Position numbers and translations under genes: made by a program. The notes under the pieces are model-generated. The model saw nothing but the letters and a program-made list of their open reading frames with translations. It made no database searches and was not told where the DNA came from. A stretch of DNA of 64,000 nt from a virus (Duplodnaviria; Caudoviricetes), in the IMG/VR virus record IMGVR_UViG_3300031555_010338; one strand, 5' to 3'. Every line of letters begins with the position of its first letter. Positions within the stretch are counted from its first letter, which is position 1. This document shows, one piece after another, positions 18,126 to 27,557 of this stretch.

Positions 18126-21100
18126 ATGAAATACAAAAACATGCAGCAGGAAATCCCGCAGGAAAGTCGCCAGGGATTGAACGATAAGATTCTCTACCTG
18201 ATCGACAATGACTTGGCGGAATCCTCTGGTATCACCTGCGAAGATATTTACAACGCCTACACCGGCGATGGTGGATTGCACGGTCTGAAATACAGTGACT
18301 TTGACAACTACCATGAGTATTCCAGCGCAAAGAAAGAGTTGGAGAACGGACAGTTCTTCACCCCTCATGCGGTGTGTGAGTTCATCATGGACTGCTTGGC
18401 ACTGGATGATACGGACATCGTTGCCGATCTCACTTGCGGAATGGGTACATTCTTCAACTTTGCTCCGATGGAAAGCAATGTCTATGGGTGCGAACTGGAT
18501 GCCAAGGCTTACAAGGTTGCAAAGTATCTCTATCCGAAGGCAAATCTCACTTGCGGAGACATTCGTTCGTACAATCCTGGTATCAAGCTGGATTATGTGG
18601 TCGGCAATCCTCCCTTCAATCTGCGCTGGTGGGTGGATGGCGCACAGGTTCTGTCTCAGCTCTACTACTGCCAGAAGGCGGCAGAGCTTCTGAAGCCTAT
18701 GGGAATTATGGCTTTGGTTGTTCCTTCCTCTTTCCTTGCAGATGATTTTTCGGACGGTGGACTGATTAAGGAAATGGAGAAACACTTCAGCTTCCTTGGT
18801 CAATTCACTCTGGATGCAAACACCTTCTCTGGCCTGGGTGTCACCGGATACCAGACGAAGGTACAGTTCTGGCAGCGTAACAGCGATATGTCTGGTTGGA
18901 AGCCTCTTCCCTACACCACCTATGTACATGAGAATGTCGGGCTGAACGGAAGCGGCAAAGAGTATGTTCGCACTTTCTTTTTGAACGCGGCGCAGGAGCA
19001 ACTTCGGAAGAATAGATCTCACATCTTACTGGAACTCTCAAGAGATCGAGATTCGTCTGCCGACTTTACATACAAGGTGAAGAAATACCTGTATGATATC
19101 AAGTCTCATCCTCGTCTGAAAGAAAAGTATGTGAAATGCTGCGAATACATCAATCGCTACTACACACAGAAACAGCCCGAGGATATGTCCTACGAGGAAT
19201 GGTGTCGTGTCCGTATCACGGAAGCCAAGGTACTGGCGTATCTGCGAAACACGGTGCGCAAACAGCATCCCGTACAGTACAAGGACGAAATTCGGATGGT
19301 CAAGCGTGACTACTCCATTGGGTTTAAGGCTTATAGCCCGAAAATGGCACGGCAGATGACCGGCGCAATGAAAACCGATACTCCGATCTATCAGATCGTG
19401 TCGGATGAGCTGAATGCTTCTGAGTTTGGAAGCTACGCAAGAATGATTCGCCGTCGCCAGCGTGAATATCAGATCGAACAGCAGCAGTTCTCCGATATGG
19501 AACCGAATGCTGAGATCGCTACATGGCTGGATGAATTCATGCTCTACGACTCAGAAAACGAGGAAGAAATTCGTCTGAACGACTTGCAGAAACACGATAT
19601 TAACCTCGTATTGCAGAAGCGGTACACACTTCTTCAGTGGGAGCAAGGCAGTGGTAAAACGCTGGCTGGTATTGCTACAGGCTTGTATCGGATGGAACGG
19701 CAGGGTGCTTTTTGCACCTGGGTTCTCTCCCCCGCAATTTCTATCAAGAACAACTGGAACGATGTCCTTCCGAACTACGGACTTTCTTATGTCATGGTGG
19801 AAAAGCTGTCTGATCTGGAACGCATCCAGCGTGGAGATTTTATTCTCGTCACGATGAACAAGCTTTCCAAATATCGTAAGCAAATCAAGAACTGGATCAA
19901 GCAGCACGGTCAGAAGGTTGCGTTCTGCTTCGATGAAAGCGATGAGATTACCAATCCTTCCAGCATTCGAGCAAAGGCAACACTGGATGATTTCAGACGC
20001 TGTAAGTTTAAGCTTCTCATGACCGGAACCAGCACCAGAAACAATATCAGTGAGTTTGCCCCTCAGTTGGAGCTTGCATATAACAACTCTGCGAATATGA
20101 TTTCCTGGTGTAACACCATTTACCACTACGAACGGGCAAGTAAGAAGGATGGAAAGGAAGCAGAGCTTACTTGTACAAACAATCCGTATTATGGACAGCC
20201 TATCCCCGCATACAAGGCTGGATACTCCCTCTTTTCTGCAAGCCATCTGCCTGAGCGTATCACCGTGTTTGGTGTCGGTCAGAAAACGCAGGATATTTAC
20301 AATGCGGATGAGCTGAGCGATATCCTTGGTCGGTTTGTAATTACTCGTACTTTCGAGGAAATTTCTGGAAAAGACATCAAGCGCATCCATCAGGTTCCCG
20401 TTCGCTTTACGGAAGATGAACGCGCAGTGTATCAGAAAGCGATCAACGAGTTCCACGCTATGCGGAGTCATTACTTCGCTTCCACTGGAAACTCCCGCAA
20501 GGATTCTATGATGAAGCTTATCCAGCAGATTACCTTGCTTTTGCGGATCAGCGCTGCGCCGAATACTGTTGTTGAGTATTGCGGCGATACTCCGACAAAG
20601 ATCCGTACTGTCGTAGAAATGCTGCAGTCGATGGATAACAAGATCGTGGCAGTTGGTGTACGTCATAAGGTTGTTGTCAACGCATACGCCGAGGCTATTC
20701 GGAAAGCTATGCCTGATCGTCCGCTCTTCATTGTTACCGGCTCCACCACAACGCTGGCGAAGCGCCGCGCCCTTCGGAAAACCCTGCGTGAAAGCAAGAA
20801 CGGCATCTTGCTCTGTACTCAGCAGAGCTTGCCAAGTAGTGTGAACTTTGAGTTTGTGGATAATGTCATCATTCCGGAACTACACTACAACAATTCCAGA
20901 ATGAGCCAGTTCTACTTCCGCTTTATTCGCTATAACTCTGTCAATGTGAAGAATATCTACTTTGTCACCTACCTTGGAAGCATTGAATCTAATCAGATGC
21001 AGATGGTGTTGGCAAAAGAGAAGCTTAATCTTTTCATGCGCGGCCAAAATACCGATTTGGATGAAATCTACGAACGGTTTGGCGTTGATTACGATCTGCT

Positions 21101-21176
21101 GTCTATGTTGATGTCCCGCGAAGTGGATGAGAATGGCAAGTTCTACATTCGTTGGGGCGAACAAGAGATCGCATAA
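18126..21176 (+). CDS. N6-adenine methyltransferase fused to SNF2-like helicase (DarB-like)
   Basis: GQFFTP, DLTCGMG, GNPPF MTase motifs; EQGSGKT, FDESDE, TGT helicase motifs. Confidence 0.85.
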   Translation: MKYKNMQQEIPQESRQGLNDKILYLIDNDLAESSGITCEDIYNAYTGDGGLHGLKYSDFDNYHEYSSAKKELENGQFFTPHAVCEFIMDCLALDDTDIVADLTCGMGTFFNFAPMESNVYGCELDAKAYKVAKYLYPKANLTCGDIRSYNPGIKLDYVVGNPPFNLRWWVDGAQVLSQLYYCQKAAELLKPMGIMALVVPSSFLADDFSDGGLIKEMEKHFSFLGQFTLDANTFSGLGVTGYQTKVQFWQRNSDMSGWKPLPYTTYVHENVGLNGSGKEYVRTFFLNAAQEQLRKNRSHILLELSRDRDSSADFTYKVKKYLYDIKSHPRLKEKYVKCCEYINRYYTQKQPEDMSYEEWCRVRITEAKVLAYLRNTVRKQHPVQYKDEIRMVKRDYSIGFKAYSPKMARQMTGAMKTDTPIYQIVSDELNASEFGSYARMIRRRQREYQIEQQQFSDMEPNAEIATWLDEFMLYDSENEEEIRLNDLQKHDINLVLQKRYTLLQWEQGSGKTLAGIATGLYRMERQGAFCTWVLSPAISIKNNWNDVLPNYGLSYVMVEKLSDLERIQRGDFILVTMNKLSKYRKQIKNWIKQHGQKVAFCFDESDEITNPSSIRAKATLDDFRRCKFKLLMTGTSTRNNISEFAPQLELAYNNSANMISWCNTIYHYERASKKDGKEAELTCTNNPYYGQPIPAYKAGYSLFSASHLPERITVFGVGQKTQDIYNADELSDILGRFVITRTFEEISGKDIKRIHQVPVRFTEDERAVYQKAINEFHAMRSHYFASTGNSRKDSMMKLIQQITLLLRISAAPNTVVEYCGDTPTKIRTVVEMLQSMDNKIVAVGVRHKVVVNAYAEAIRKAMPDRPLFIVTGSTTTLAKRRALRKTLRESKNGILLCTQQSLPSSVNFEFVDNVIIPELHYNNSRMSQFYFRFIRYNSVNVKNIYFVTYLGSIESNQMQMVLAKEKLNLFMRGQNTDLDEIYERFGVDYDLLSMLMSREVDENGKFYIRWGEQEIA

Positions 21177-21195
21177 ATAGAAAGGGGTAAGATTT

Positions 21196-21522
21196 ATGAC
21201 CAGAAGAATTATTGCGCTGAAAGGGCGCGACGGATACTACATTTCCCAAGAGTTTAACGGAGATCGTGACGAGGCGATGCAGCTTCGTGGGTTTGCCGTA
21301 GTTCAGGCCAACTGGAGCGATATTGTTCCTTTGTTCAATGGTGTGTCTGGTCTTAGCATGTTTTCCAGTGCTGTAAAGAAGGCGGAAAATCTTTTCGGAT
21401 ACGAAAATCTTCCCTTGGAAGTCGTTAGTGAGCTTCCGTCCGAAGAAGAAATTTGGATCGTAGATAGAGAAGAACTTGTGCTTTTCTCCAAATACGGAGA
21501 GGTGGTCGATCAGAATGGATGA
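21196..21522 (+). CDS. Hypothetical protein
   Basis: AAAGGGG RBS. Confidence 0.75.
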   Translation: MTRRIIALKGRDGYYISQEFNGDRDEAMQLRGFAVVQANWSDIVPLFNGVSGLSMFSSAVKKAENLFGYENLPLEVVSELPSEEEIWIVDREELVLFSKYGEVVDQNG

Positions 21523-21940
21523 AGAGATCAGTTTGATTTATGAAGAGCTTTTTCTGAGCGGTTCTTGCGTGATCGGCAAACGTCGCAAGGATGGAAAGTG
21601 GGACGCAAAAACATATCGCATTCTGAATGGCCTGTGCGAGATTGCCAAGCGTTATGGACGAGTAGTGAAATTCAATAAAATCGATGGCTCTGTCGAACTG
21701 GATTACGAACTGTTCGAGGTCGATATCGACGGAAAGCATATTGTAGCTTACAAGGCAATCAACGGACGCGATTTGCTCCCTGGCGATTTGTATATCGCAA
21801 AGCGGAACACCGGATGGCATCTTGCAAAGTGTTTGTATGTTGACAAGAGCGGCGGCTGGGTAATGCCCGATCCTCCTGCATCGATTTACTCTTACGACTG
21901 TCATGAATGCTTCAAAGTAAAAGAGGTTACAAGCATATAG
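21515..21940 (+). CDS. Hypothetical protein
   Basis: GAGGTG RBS before ATG 21515. Confidence 0.7.
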   Translation: MDEEISLIYEELFLSGSCVIGKRRKDGKWDAKTYRILNGLCEIAKRYGRVVKFNKIDGSVELDYELFEVDIDGKHIVAYKAINGRDLLPGDLYIAKRNTGWHLAKCLYVDKSGGWVMPDPPASIYSYDCHECFKVKEVTSI

Positions 21941-21960
21941 TTAAACAACCGGAGGTGTGT

Positions 21961-22101
21961 ATGAACTATTCGTTTAACAATCGCGGCGGGCATATTGAAG
22001 TCCTCGATGATGCTGGACGATTCATGTTTTCTGCGGATACTGTTAGTGAAGCATACCGTGAGCTGGCAGACATGGATCGTGAAGAAAGCAAGAGAGAATA
22101 A
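21961..22101 (+). CDS. Small hypothetical protein
   Basis: GGAGG RBS; MNYSFNNRGGHIEVLDDAGRFMFSADT... Confidence 0.7.
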   Translation: MNYSFNNRGGHIEVLDDAGRFMFSADTVSEAYRELADMDREESKRE

Positions 22102-22137
22102 AAAAAAGCTCCCCATAAAGGGGAGCTAAGTTGAGAG

Positions 22138-22350
22138 GTGTTGTGGATGATTGAAAAGTTTGTGTCGTATAAGGAACGCAATGGAATTATTGAGCGAGAT
22201 CGGGATGTATGGACGGTCAAGATCGCCAATGGGAAATATTATATTTCGTGCAATGGAAATCCTATCTGCTATGGCACTGCTCAGCCTGGAATGACTTGCG
22301 AGCGCGTACTCCGCAACTGCTCTGGGAAACAGTTTATGAAAGTGAGTTGA
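22138..22350 (+). CDS. Hypothetical protein
   Basis: GAGGTG RBS; start 22138 or 22147. Confidence 0.6.
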   Translation: MLWMIEKFVSYKERNGIIERDRDVWTVKIANGKYYISCNGNPICYGTAQPGMTCERVLRNCSGKQFMKVS

Positions 22351-22972
22351 TCTGGCGGCTTTGCATCAAAACTCTTCGCATGTCATTTTCCCATGCAGTC
22401 TTTCTTCTGTACTTCTGCCACTTCAAATATTCATCCCATCGGTGGATGGAAGCTTCCGTAGAAAGGCCAAACACTTTCTTGATGTCGGACGGGGAGGCAA
22501 CTCCAAGCATTTGAAATAGCGGCATAGGGCATAACAGGGTAGCTGCAAACTGATCTGCTTCTGCCTCAAACTCTGGGGCGGTTAGATTGTTAAATCCATT
22601 TTCCGCAAGCATTGGTTCCGCCACAAGTGGAAGGTGTTTTAGGATGACATGTCCAAGCTCGTGTGCCTTAGTCCACCGTCGTCTACCCTCCACATTGTTT
22701 TCGGAGTGGTCGTCATTCCATAAGATCAGATACCGATCATTGGCAATGTCGTAGTGTGTGCAGCCAGACTTACTTTCGCAGAGCACAATCACATCTCGTA
22801 TTGTACATTGGTTAATTTCTGCGAACTTGTCATATGTCAAGATCCTGCAATTAGAAAGGCTTGAAATAATATCGCCTGGTTCAATAGGAAACGTGATGCT
22901 TCCCATCTGCCTATATAGCTGCAGAACTTGGTTGTAGATATACGGGTATCGAATCACGGAATACACCTCCAT
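22334..22972 (-). CDS. ImmA/IrrE-family metallopeptidase (anti-repressor)
   Basis: RRRWTKAHELGH (HExxH) and EAEADQFAATLLCP; adjacent to an XRE gene. Confidence 0.9.
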   Translation of the reverse strand: MEVYSVIRYPYIYNQVLQLYRQMGSITFPIEPGDIISSLSNCRILTYDKFAEINQCTIRDVIVLCESKSGCTHYDIANDRYLILWNDDHSENNVEGRRRWTKAHELGHVILKHLPLVAEPMLAENGFNNLTAPEFEAEADQFAATLLCPMPLFQMLGVASPSDIKKVFGLSTEASIHRWDEYLKWQKYRRKTAWENDMRRVLMQSRQINSLS

Positions 22973-23013
22973 TCTGCTGTATTATATCAAGTTTACTGTC
23001 CAATAAAAAGGAC

Positions 23014-23370
23014 TTATTCTCCGTTCCCCTCGTCACTGAATGCGTAGTCAAATCCCAGGCGGATCATCTTCATCATTTTCTCGCGGTCAGTCGGAGACAT
23101 TTTGTTTCTTGCTCTTTGCAGCGACACAAAATCATCGTCGCTCATAAGCTTTTCTGCCGGTTCTTCCACATTGGACAGGCCAATCAAATAATCGGTAGAA
23201 ACATCAAAATACTCAGCAATCAACTTGACCTTATCAATGGACGGGGAGGAAGTCTGCTTCCATTTACGGATCAAAGATGTGCCGATACCAAGATCGGTTG
23301 CCATCTTAGTAATTGTAATGCCTCTTGCTTTGCACAAGCCAGATATTCTCTCATATAAAATCGAGTCCAT
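23014..23370 (-). CDS. XRE-family HTH repressor (ImmR/CI-like)
   Basis: RISGLCKARGITITKMATDLGI...WK...PSIDKVKLIAEYFDVSTDYLIG. Confidence 0.92.
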   Translation of the reverse strand: MDSILYERISGLCKARGITITKMATDLGIGTSLIRKWKQTSSPSIDKVKLIAEYFDVSTDYLIGLSNVEEPAEKLMSDDDFVSLQRARNKMSPTDREKMMKMIRLGFDYAFSDEGNGE

Positions 23371-23412
23371 AATATATCCTCCAGAAAAGATAAAATTTTC
23401 TCGCTTTCCCTA

Positions 23413-23441
23413 TTGACACCGCCACTATTTTCCGCTATACT
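23413..23441 (+). promoter_or_regulatory. Rightward sigma-A promoter
   Basis: TTGACA-N17-TATACT. Confidence 0.8.
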
Positions 23442-23477
23442 TATACCCGTCGAGAAAATAGTAGCGCTTGCTACTTA

Positions 23478-23506
23478 ATTATAAGTCAAATTTTCGCACT
23501 TGTCAA
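23478..23506 (-). promoter_or_regulatory. Leftward sigma-A promoter for repressor/ImmA, face-to-face with 23413
   Basis: TTGACA-N17-TATAAT on the minus strand. Confidence 0.8.
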
Positions 23507-23532
23507 CACAATAATCCAACTGGAGGCGGAAC

Positions 23533-23988
23533 ATGATTTTCAAGAATGGTGTAACGAACGAGCCTGTACTGGCTGCTGACTTCGATATGGTCAGCACAGA
23601 TAATAAGCGTGTTGTTCTGAAGTACAACGGAAAGCTTTGGGATGATGTTCTGTTTGAGGCAATGCGTATGGCCTGTGAGGTCATCAACAATCCTGCTATT
23701 GATATGGATAGCTTTGAAAGTGTTGTTGCTGACATCTCCATGTGTGTTGGATTCAGTATTCAGTTGGCATCTATCCGTACTTACGCAGATCTATCCGTTA
23801 CAACTACATCCGGAAAAATTGCAAAGCGTCGGTTCCTTGTCTATGGAGAAACGGAAGAGGTTGTAAATATCCTCACACGTTTCTTTTCTGAGGGTTGCCA
23901 GGGTGTCTACCCTTCTTTTGCAGATCACTTTGCGGCGTTCTTTGCCGCATGGCGATCCTCAGAAAAAAATCAAAAATTATTTTGCTAA
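23533..23988 (+). CDS. Hypothetical protein
   Basis: GGAGG RBS. Confidence 0.75.
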   Translation: MIFKNGVTNEPVLAADFDMVSTDNKRVVLKYNGKLWDDVLFEAMRMACEVINNPAIDMDSFESVVADISMCVGFSIQLASIRTYADLSVTTTSGKIAKRRFLVYGETEEVVNILTRFFSEGCQGVYPSFADHFAAFFAAWRSSEKNQKLFC

Positions 23989-23994
23989 TTCCTA

Positions 23995-24023
23995 TTGACA
24001 AATGCCCAGCAATCGTGTATAGT
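23995..24023 (+). promoter_or_regulatory. Sigma-A promoter
   Basis: TTGACA-N17-TATAGT; a repeat-motif copy lies at 24035. Confidence 0.7.
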
Positions 24024-24075
24024 ATTGCTTGTAAGGAACGAACTAAACAATTCTCTTGAATATGGAGGGGTGTGC

Positions 24076-25023
24076 GTGGATAACAGTAGTTACCGTAACC
24101 TTTATATTGCAGAGCTAACGGAAAAGAGACAGCTTTCCGAGGCTTCCGTTCAGACAATCCAGAACTTCTGGAAGCGTGTGCAGCGCTTTGAGGAAGAGAA
24201 TGGAAATACTTTGGAGGACGGATACACGAAGGAAGAGTTTGTGAAACTCATTTCCAGCTTTAATATAAGCAATGTGTCTGGCTTCTTGGGTGATAAGAGT
24301 AGACTAAGGAAATACCTTGAGTGGCTTGTTGAGACGAAAGGTTTCGATCCGAACATTGTTTCTGTTCTTACTTCCGTAGGATATGACGATATTGATGCAA
24401 GTCGGTTGTTTGAGTTGAAGTTCTTCAAAGACTTTCAGGACTTGCAGGACACGATTGCGACTACCTTGGTAGTCGCAGACAAGGTTGACGAGCGCATCTT
24501 TGCAACTCAGATTACAGCCATTTATATGGCCTGGTGTGGATTGCAGATGGAGGAAGCCTTGCAGATCAGAAAAGCCGATGTCAAAGACGATCATATCTGT
24601 GTCGGAGATCGTGTGATTTATCCAAATGCGACAATTATGCAGTTCATCAAAGACTACCGTGATGCAACTGAGTATCAGTCTGCAGCAAGAGCAATCATCA
24701 CACTAAAATATACTCCGTCCGAGATGCTATTCCGCACTGCGAGATCCGGATATGTTGACTCCCCTAAGACTATGCGCATCTTCATCCGAAACTTCGGAAA
24801 GAGCGGCGGCGAGGACAGCAACATGTTCCATTACGACAAGGTTTATTGGTCTGGCGTGTATAACAGAGCATATCTTTATGAGTGTGCGAATGGCCTAATT
24901 CGTCAGGGCGATATGGAAACCATCAGCAAACTTTTTAACGAAAACTACACCTCTATTTCCGTAGCAAATAAGCGTCTCCAGGCATATCGGAAGTTCGTGC
25001 AGTATTTCTTCCCTTCCAAATGA
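24076..25023 (+). CDS. Catalytically degenerate tyrosine-recombinase-fold protein, MrpR-like repressor candidate
   Basis: SAM-like N-domain (KSRLRKYLEW); AWCGLQMEEALQIRKADV lacks the catalytic Arg; KVYWSG replaces HxxR; GTG 24076 with GGAGGGG RBS. Confidence 0.6.
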   Translation: MDNSSYRNLYIAELTEKRQLSEASVQTIQNFWKRVQRFEEENGNTLEDGYTKEEFVKLISSFNISNVSGFLGDKSRLRKYLEWLVETKGFDPNIVSVLTSVGYDDIDASRLFELKFFKDFQDLQDTIATTLVVADKVDERIFATQITAIYMAWCGLQMEEALQIRKADVKDDHICVGDRVIYPNATIMQFIKDYRDATEYQSAARAIITLKYTPSEMLFRTARSGYVDSPKTMRIFIRNFGKSGGEDSNMFHYDKVYWSGVYNRAYLYECANGLIRQGDMETISKLFNENYTSISVANKRLQAYRKFVQYFFPSK

Positions 25024-25083
25024 AAAGCTTAAAAAGGCGAAAGCCTTTTAAGCCTCAAAAGGAATTAGCTAAACAACACTATA

Positions 25084-25143
25084 TGTCCGAACAGTTACCG
25101 GTGGAACGCCATATGGAGAGCGGGTTCGACTCCCGAACGGATA
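25084..25143 (+). ncRNA. Truncated tRNA-like element (acceptor-like stem plus T-arm)
   Basis: TGTCCG/CGGATA ends; CGGG-TTCGACT-CCCG T-arm; no proper D or anticodon arm. Confidence 0.35.
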
Positions 25144-25178
25144 ACGATGCTAATTCAATAAGTTGGGAGGTGGTGCTA

Positions 25179-25475
25179 TTGAGTGGGTGTCATTACTGCC
25201 GCAGGCAGAGAACATTTTGGGCATCTGAGCCATCTGGAAAGCCAGATGCTTCGCAGGATCTTCAAAACGCGCATATTCTTGCCGGCACGAACATCTTTTC
25301 GGATACGGCTGGTCGTCAGATACGCTTCATGTATTGCCCCATGTGTGGTGAGCCGTTGCTGAAGCCACCCGACGATGGGGGGGGTAAAGTTGGTATTCTT
25401 GCCGCCCTATTTCCCCCGAAATTTTGCAATAGCATAACAAAATTACAAGGAGCGTGTAAATCATGGGCAAAGTGA
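25179..25475 (+). CDS. Cys-containing hypothetical protein
   Basis: GGGAGG RBS, TTG start; CHYC...YCPMCG; contains a G8 tract. Confidence 0.6.
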   Translation: MSGCHYCRRQRTFWASEPSGKPDASQDLQNAHILAGTNIFSDTAGRQIRFMYCPMCGEPLLKPPDDGGGKVGILAALFPPKFCNSITKLQGACKSWAK

Positions 25476-25699
25476 AAAATGACAGCGGTTACTATTGGGT
25501 TGACAAGGCGATTACCTGTAACGGCTGCAAGTTTCTAAACTTCTACAAGTGCGGTTGCCGCAGAAACCAGCCGCCTGGAACCGTTCGTCCCCTGTCGTCC
25601 TATATCAACGGCGACAATTATGTGGCAGTTCTCAAGCCTACCGACTGTGATTATCAGAAGGAGCAGAAAGAAGCTGTCTCCAGCACCAAGGTATCATGA
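25463..25699 (+). CDS. Cys-containing hypothetical protein
   Basis: AAGGAG RBS; CNGCKF. Confidence 0.7.
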   Translation: MGKVKNDSGYYWVDKAITCNGCKFLNFYKCGCRRNQPPGTVRPLSSYINGDNYVAVLKPTDCDYQKEQKEAVSSTKVS

Positions 25700-26439
25700 A
25701 GAAGATAGCTGGTGTTTTAGCCTTACTCCTAATTTGGCAAGTAGGATCGACGATGACAACCCCATTGTTCGTTCCCTCTCCAATGTCAGTGCTTGAAGCA
25801 CTTGTAGGACTGGTTGAAACAGGACAGTTGCTTCCAGGGTTGGCTTACTCTTTCTCCAGAATCACTATCGCAGCACTACTTTCCATGTCCGTAGCCGTTC
25901 CTCTGGCTTTGTTGGTATGTGCATTCAAGCCAATCAAGGACATGGTTCACCCTGTCGTATCTGCTATGCGATACATTCCAGTTACCGCATTTTCTCCACT
26001 GCTTATTTTGTGGTTTGGAATCGATGAGACAATGAAGATCTCCTTCCTTTTTCTGGCGACCTTTGTTTATCTGCTTCCATCAACAATTATGTGTCTGGAA
26101 GATGTGCCGCAAGACCTAATTGATACCGGCAAGTCCATCGGAATGCGTTCTCACGAAATCATTTCGGAAATCCTACTTCCCGCAGCTCTACCGTCAATTA
26201 TGAACTCATTTCTCATGATGTATGGTATTGGCTGGACGTATGTAGCAGTGATTGAAGCTGTTAATGCTAAGTTTGGCCTGGGCTTCATTATCAATGTGGG
26301 AGCTGCGAGAGGGAAAACGGCTATCGTATTCGCCTCAATTCTGGTGATCGTCATTTTCAGCTATCTATTCGATTGCGTTGGAAAGAAACTGATCCGTCGA
26401 GCGTTTAGATGGAGGTATTTGAATGATAACCTTGAATGA
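25696..26439 (+). CDS. ABC transporter permease (NitT/TauT/SsuC-type)
   Basis: Multiple TMs; RYIPVTAFSPLLILWFG; EAA-like loop; ILLPAALP. Confidence 0.9.
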   Translation: MKKIAGVLALLLIWQVGSTMTTPLFVPSPMSVLEALVGLVETGQLLPGLAYSFSRITIAALLSMSVAVPLALLVCAFKPIKDMVHPVVSAMRYIPVTAFSPLLILWFGIDETMKISFLFLATFVYLLPSTIMCLEDVPQDLIDTGKSIGMRSHEIISEILLPAALPSIMNSFLMMYGIGWTYVAVIEAVNAKFGLGFIINVGAARGKTAIVFASILVIVIFSYLFDCVGKKLIRRAFRWRYLNDNLE

Positions 26440-27007
26440 TCTTGTGGTTGGGTACGATAAGCCACTTATGAAACCCATCAACTTCACATTTGAAGACGGC
26501 AAGATATACGGAATTTTGGGCAAGTCTGGTTGTGGCAAAAGCACACTGCTGAAAACAATCGCAAAGCTGCATAAGCCGATTTCCGGTAGTGTTAAGCGCG
26601 ATGGTAGTAAGCAAATCTACATGATGCACCAGCGATACACCAATTTTAATTGGCTGAATTGCTTGGATAATGTGCTGATTGCAGAACGCAACCGCCGTAA
26701 GCGCAAAGAGCTTATTCCAGTAGCAAAGACCATTTTGGAACAAGTTGGTCTTGGAGAATATCTTGACCGTTATCCCACCGAGCTTTCCGGTGGAATGCAG
26801 CAGAGATTGGCGTTAGCGCGTGTGTTATTCGTCAAGCCCTCTTGTCTGCTAATGGATGAACCATTATCAGCTCTGGATGATACGACAAGATCAAAAATGC
26901 AGAAGCTGATTATGGATATACACAAAGAAACCAACAGCACCATAATCATGGTCACACATAGCGAAGAAGAAGCAAAGAAAATGTGCGACCACATCTTGAA
27001 ACTTTAA
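26423..27007 (+). CDS. ABC transporter ATP-binding protein
   Basis: GKSGCGKS, LSGGMQQR, LLMDEP, VTH. Confidence 0.95.
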   Translation: MITLNDLVVGYDKPLMKPINFTFEDGKIYGILGKSGCGKSTLLKTIAKLHKPISGSVKRDGSKQIYMMHQRYTNFNWLNCLDNVLIAERNRRKRKELIPVAKTILEQVGLGEYLDRYPTELSGGMQQRLALARVLFVKPSCLLMDEPLSALDDTTRSKMQKLIMDIHKETNSTIIMVTHSEEEAKKMCDHILKL

Positions 27008-27023
27008 GGGAGGTTTTTACATT

Positions 27024-27557
27024 ATGAGTTGGTTGGAAAAGATTGGCCTCGTCGAGCGTGATGCGGCTGAAACCCCGCTGGCAGTTGAAGAGCTGCCTAC
27101 AGAATCCGAGATTCTGGTTGATGCGGAAATTGCGTCCACGGATAACATCGTGGATGAGATTTACGGTCAGAACGAGCTTTCTGACAAAAGCAATTCTATC
27201 TACACTGTCCAGGCATTGATTGCCACTCTCCCCGCCGAGATGACCACTGCTAAGAAGCAGGCCACCGTTGCCGGTATTCTCGCTGTGTCTGGCAAGACCA
27301 TCTCCGCACTGCTGGAAGATGCAGAAAAGCGTCTGGAAGTTCTGAGTGCAGCGCAAAACAAGATCGTTGCTGAGCGCACTGCCGAGATCGAGACTGCGAA
27401 TGCTGATATCGAAACGCTGAAAGGCGCTATTGAGGCTGCGAATATCAAGATTAAAGAGGGCGAGGATATTATCGCAGCAACAAAAAAGTCCGTAGAGGAC
27501 GAGGCAACCGTAATTTCTGATCTGGTTGAGTTCTGTAACGGAATGGAGGGCAAGTAA
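27024..27557 (+). CDS. Coiled-coil hypothetical protein
   Basis: GGGAGG RBS; heptad-rich C-terminal half. Confidence 0.8.
   Translation: MSWLEKIGLVERDAAETPLAVEELPTESEILVDAEIASTDNIVDEIYGQNELSDKSNSIYTVQALIATLPAEMTTAKKQATVAGILAVSGKTISALLEDAEKRLEVLSAAQNKIVAERTAEIETANADIETLKGAIEAANIKIKEGEDIIAATKKSVEDEATVISDLVEFCNGMEGK

Noticed and set aside
22811-22840. Additional GGTTAA phage promoter inside the ImmA-like gene
   Set aside because: No GATTAG-like box at the 17-nt spacing.
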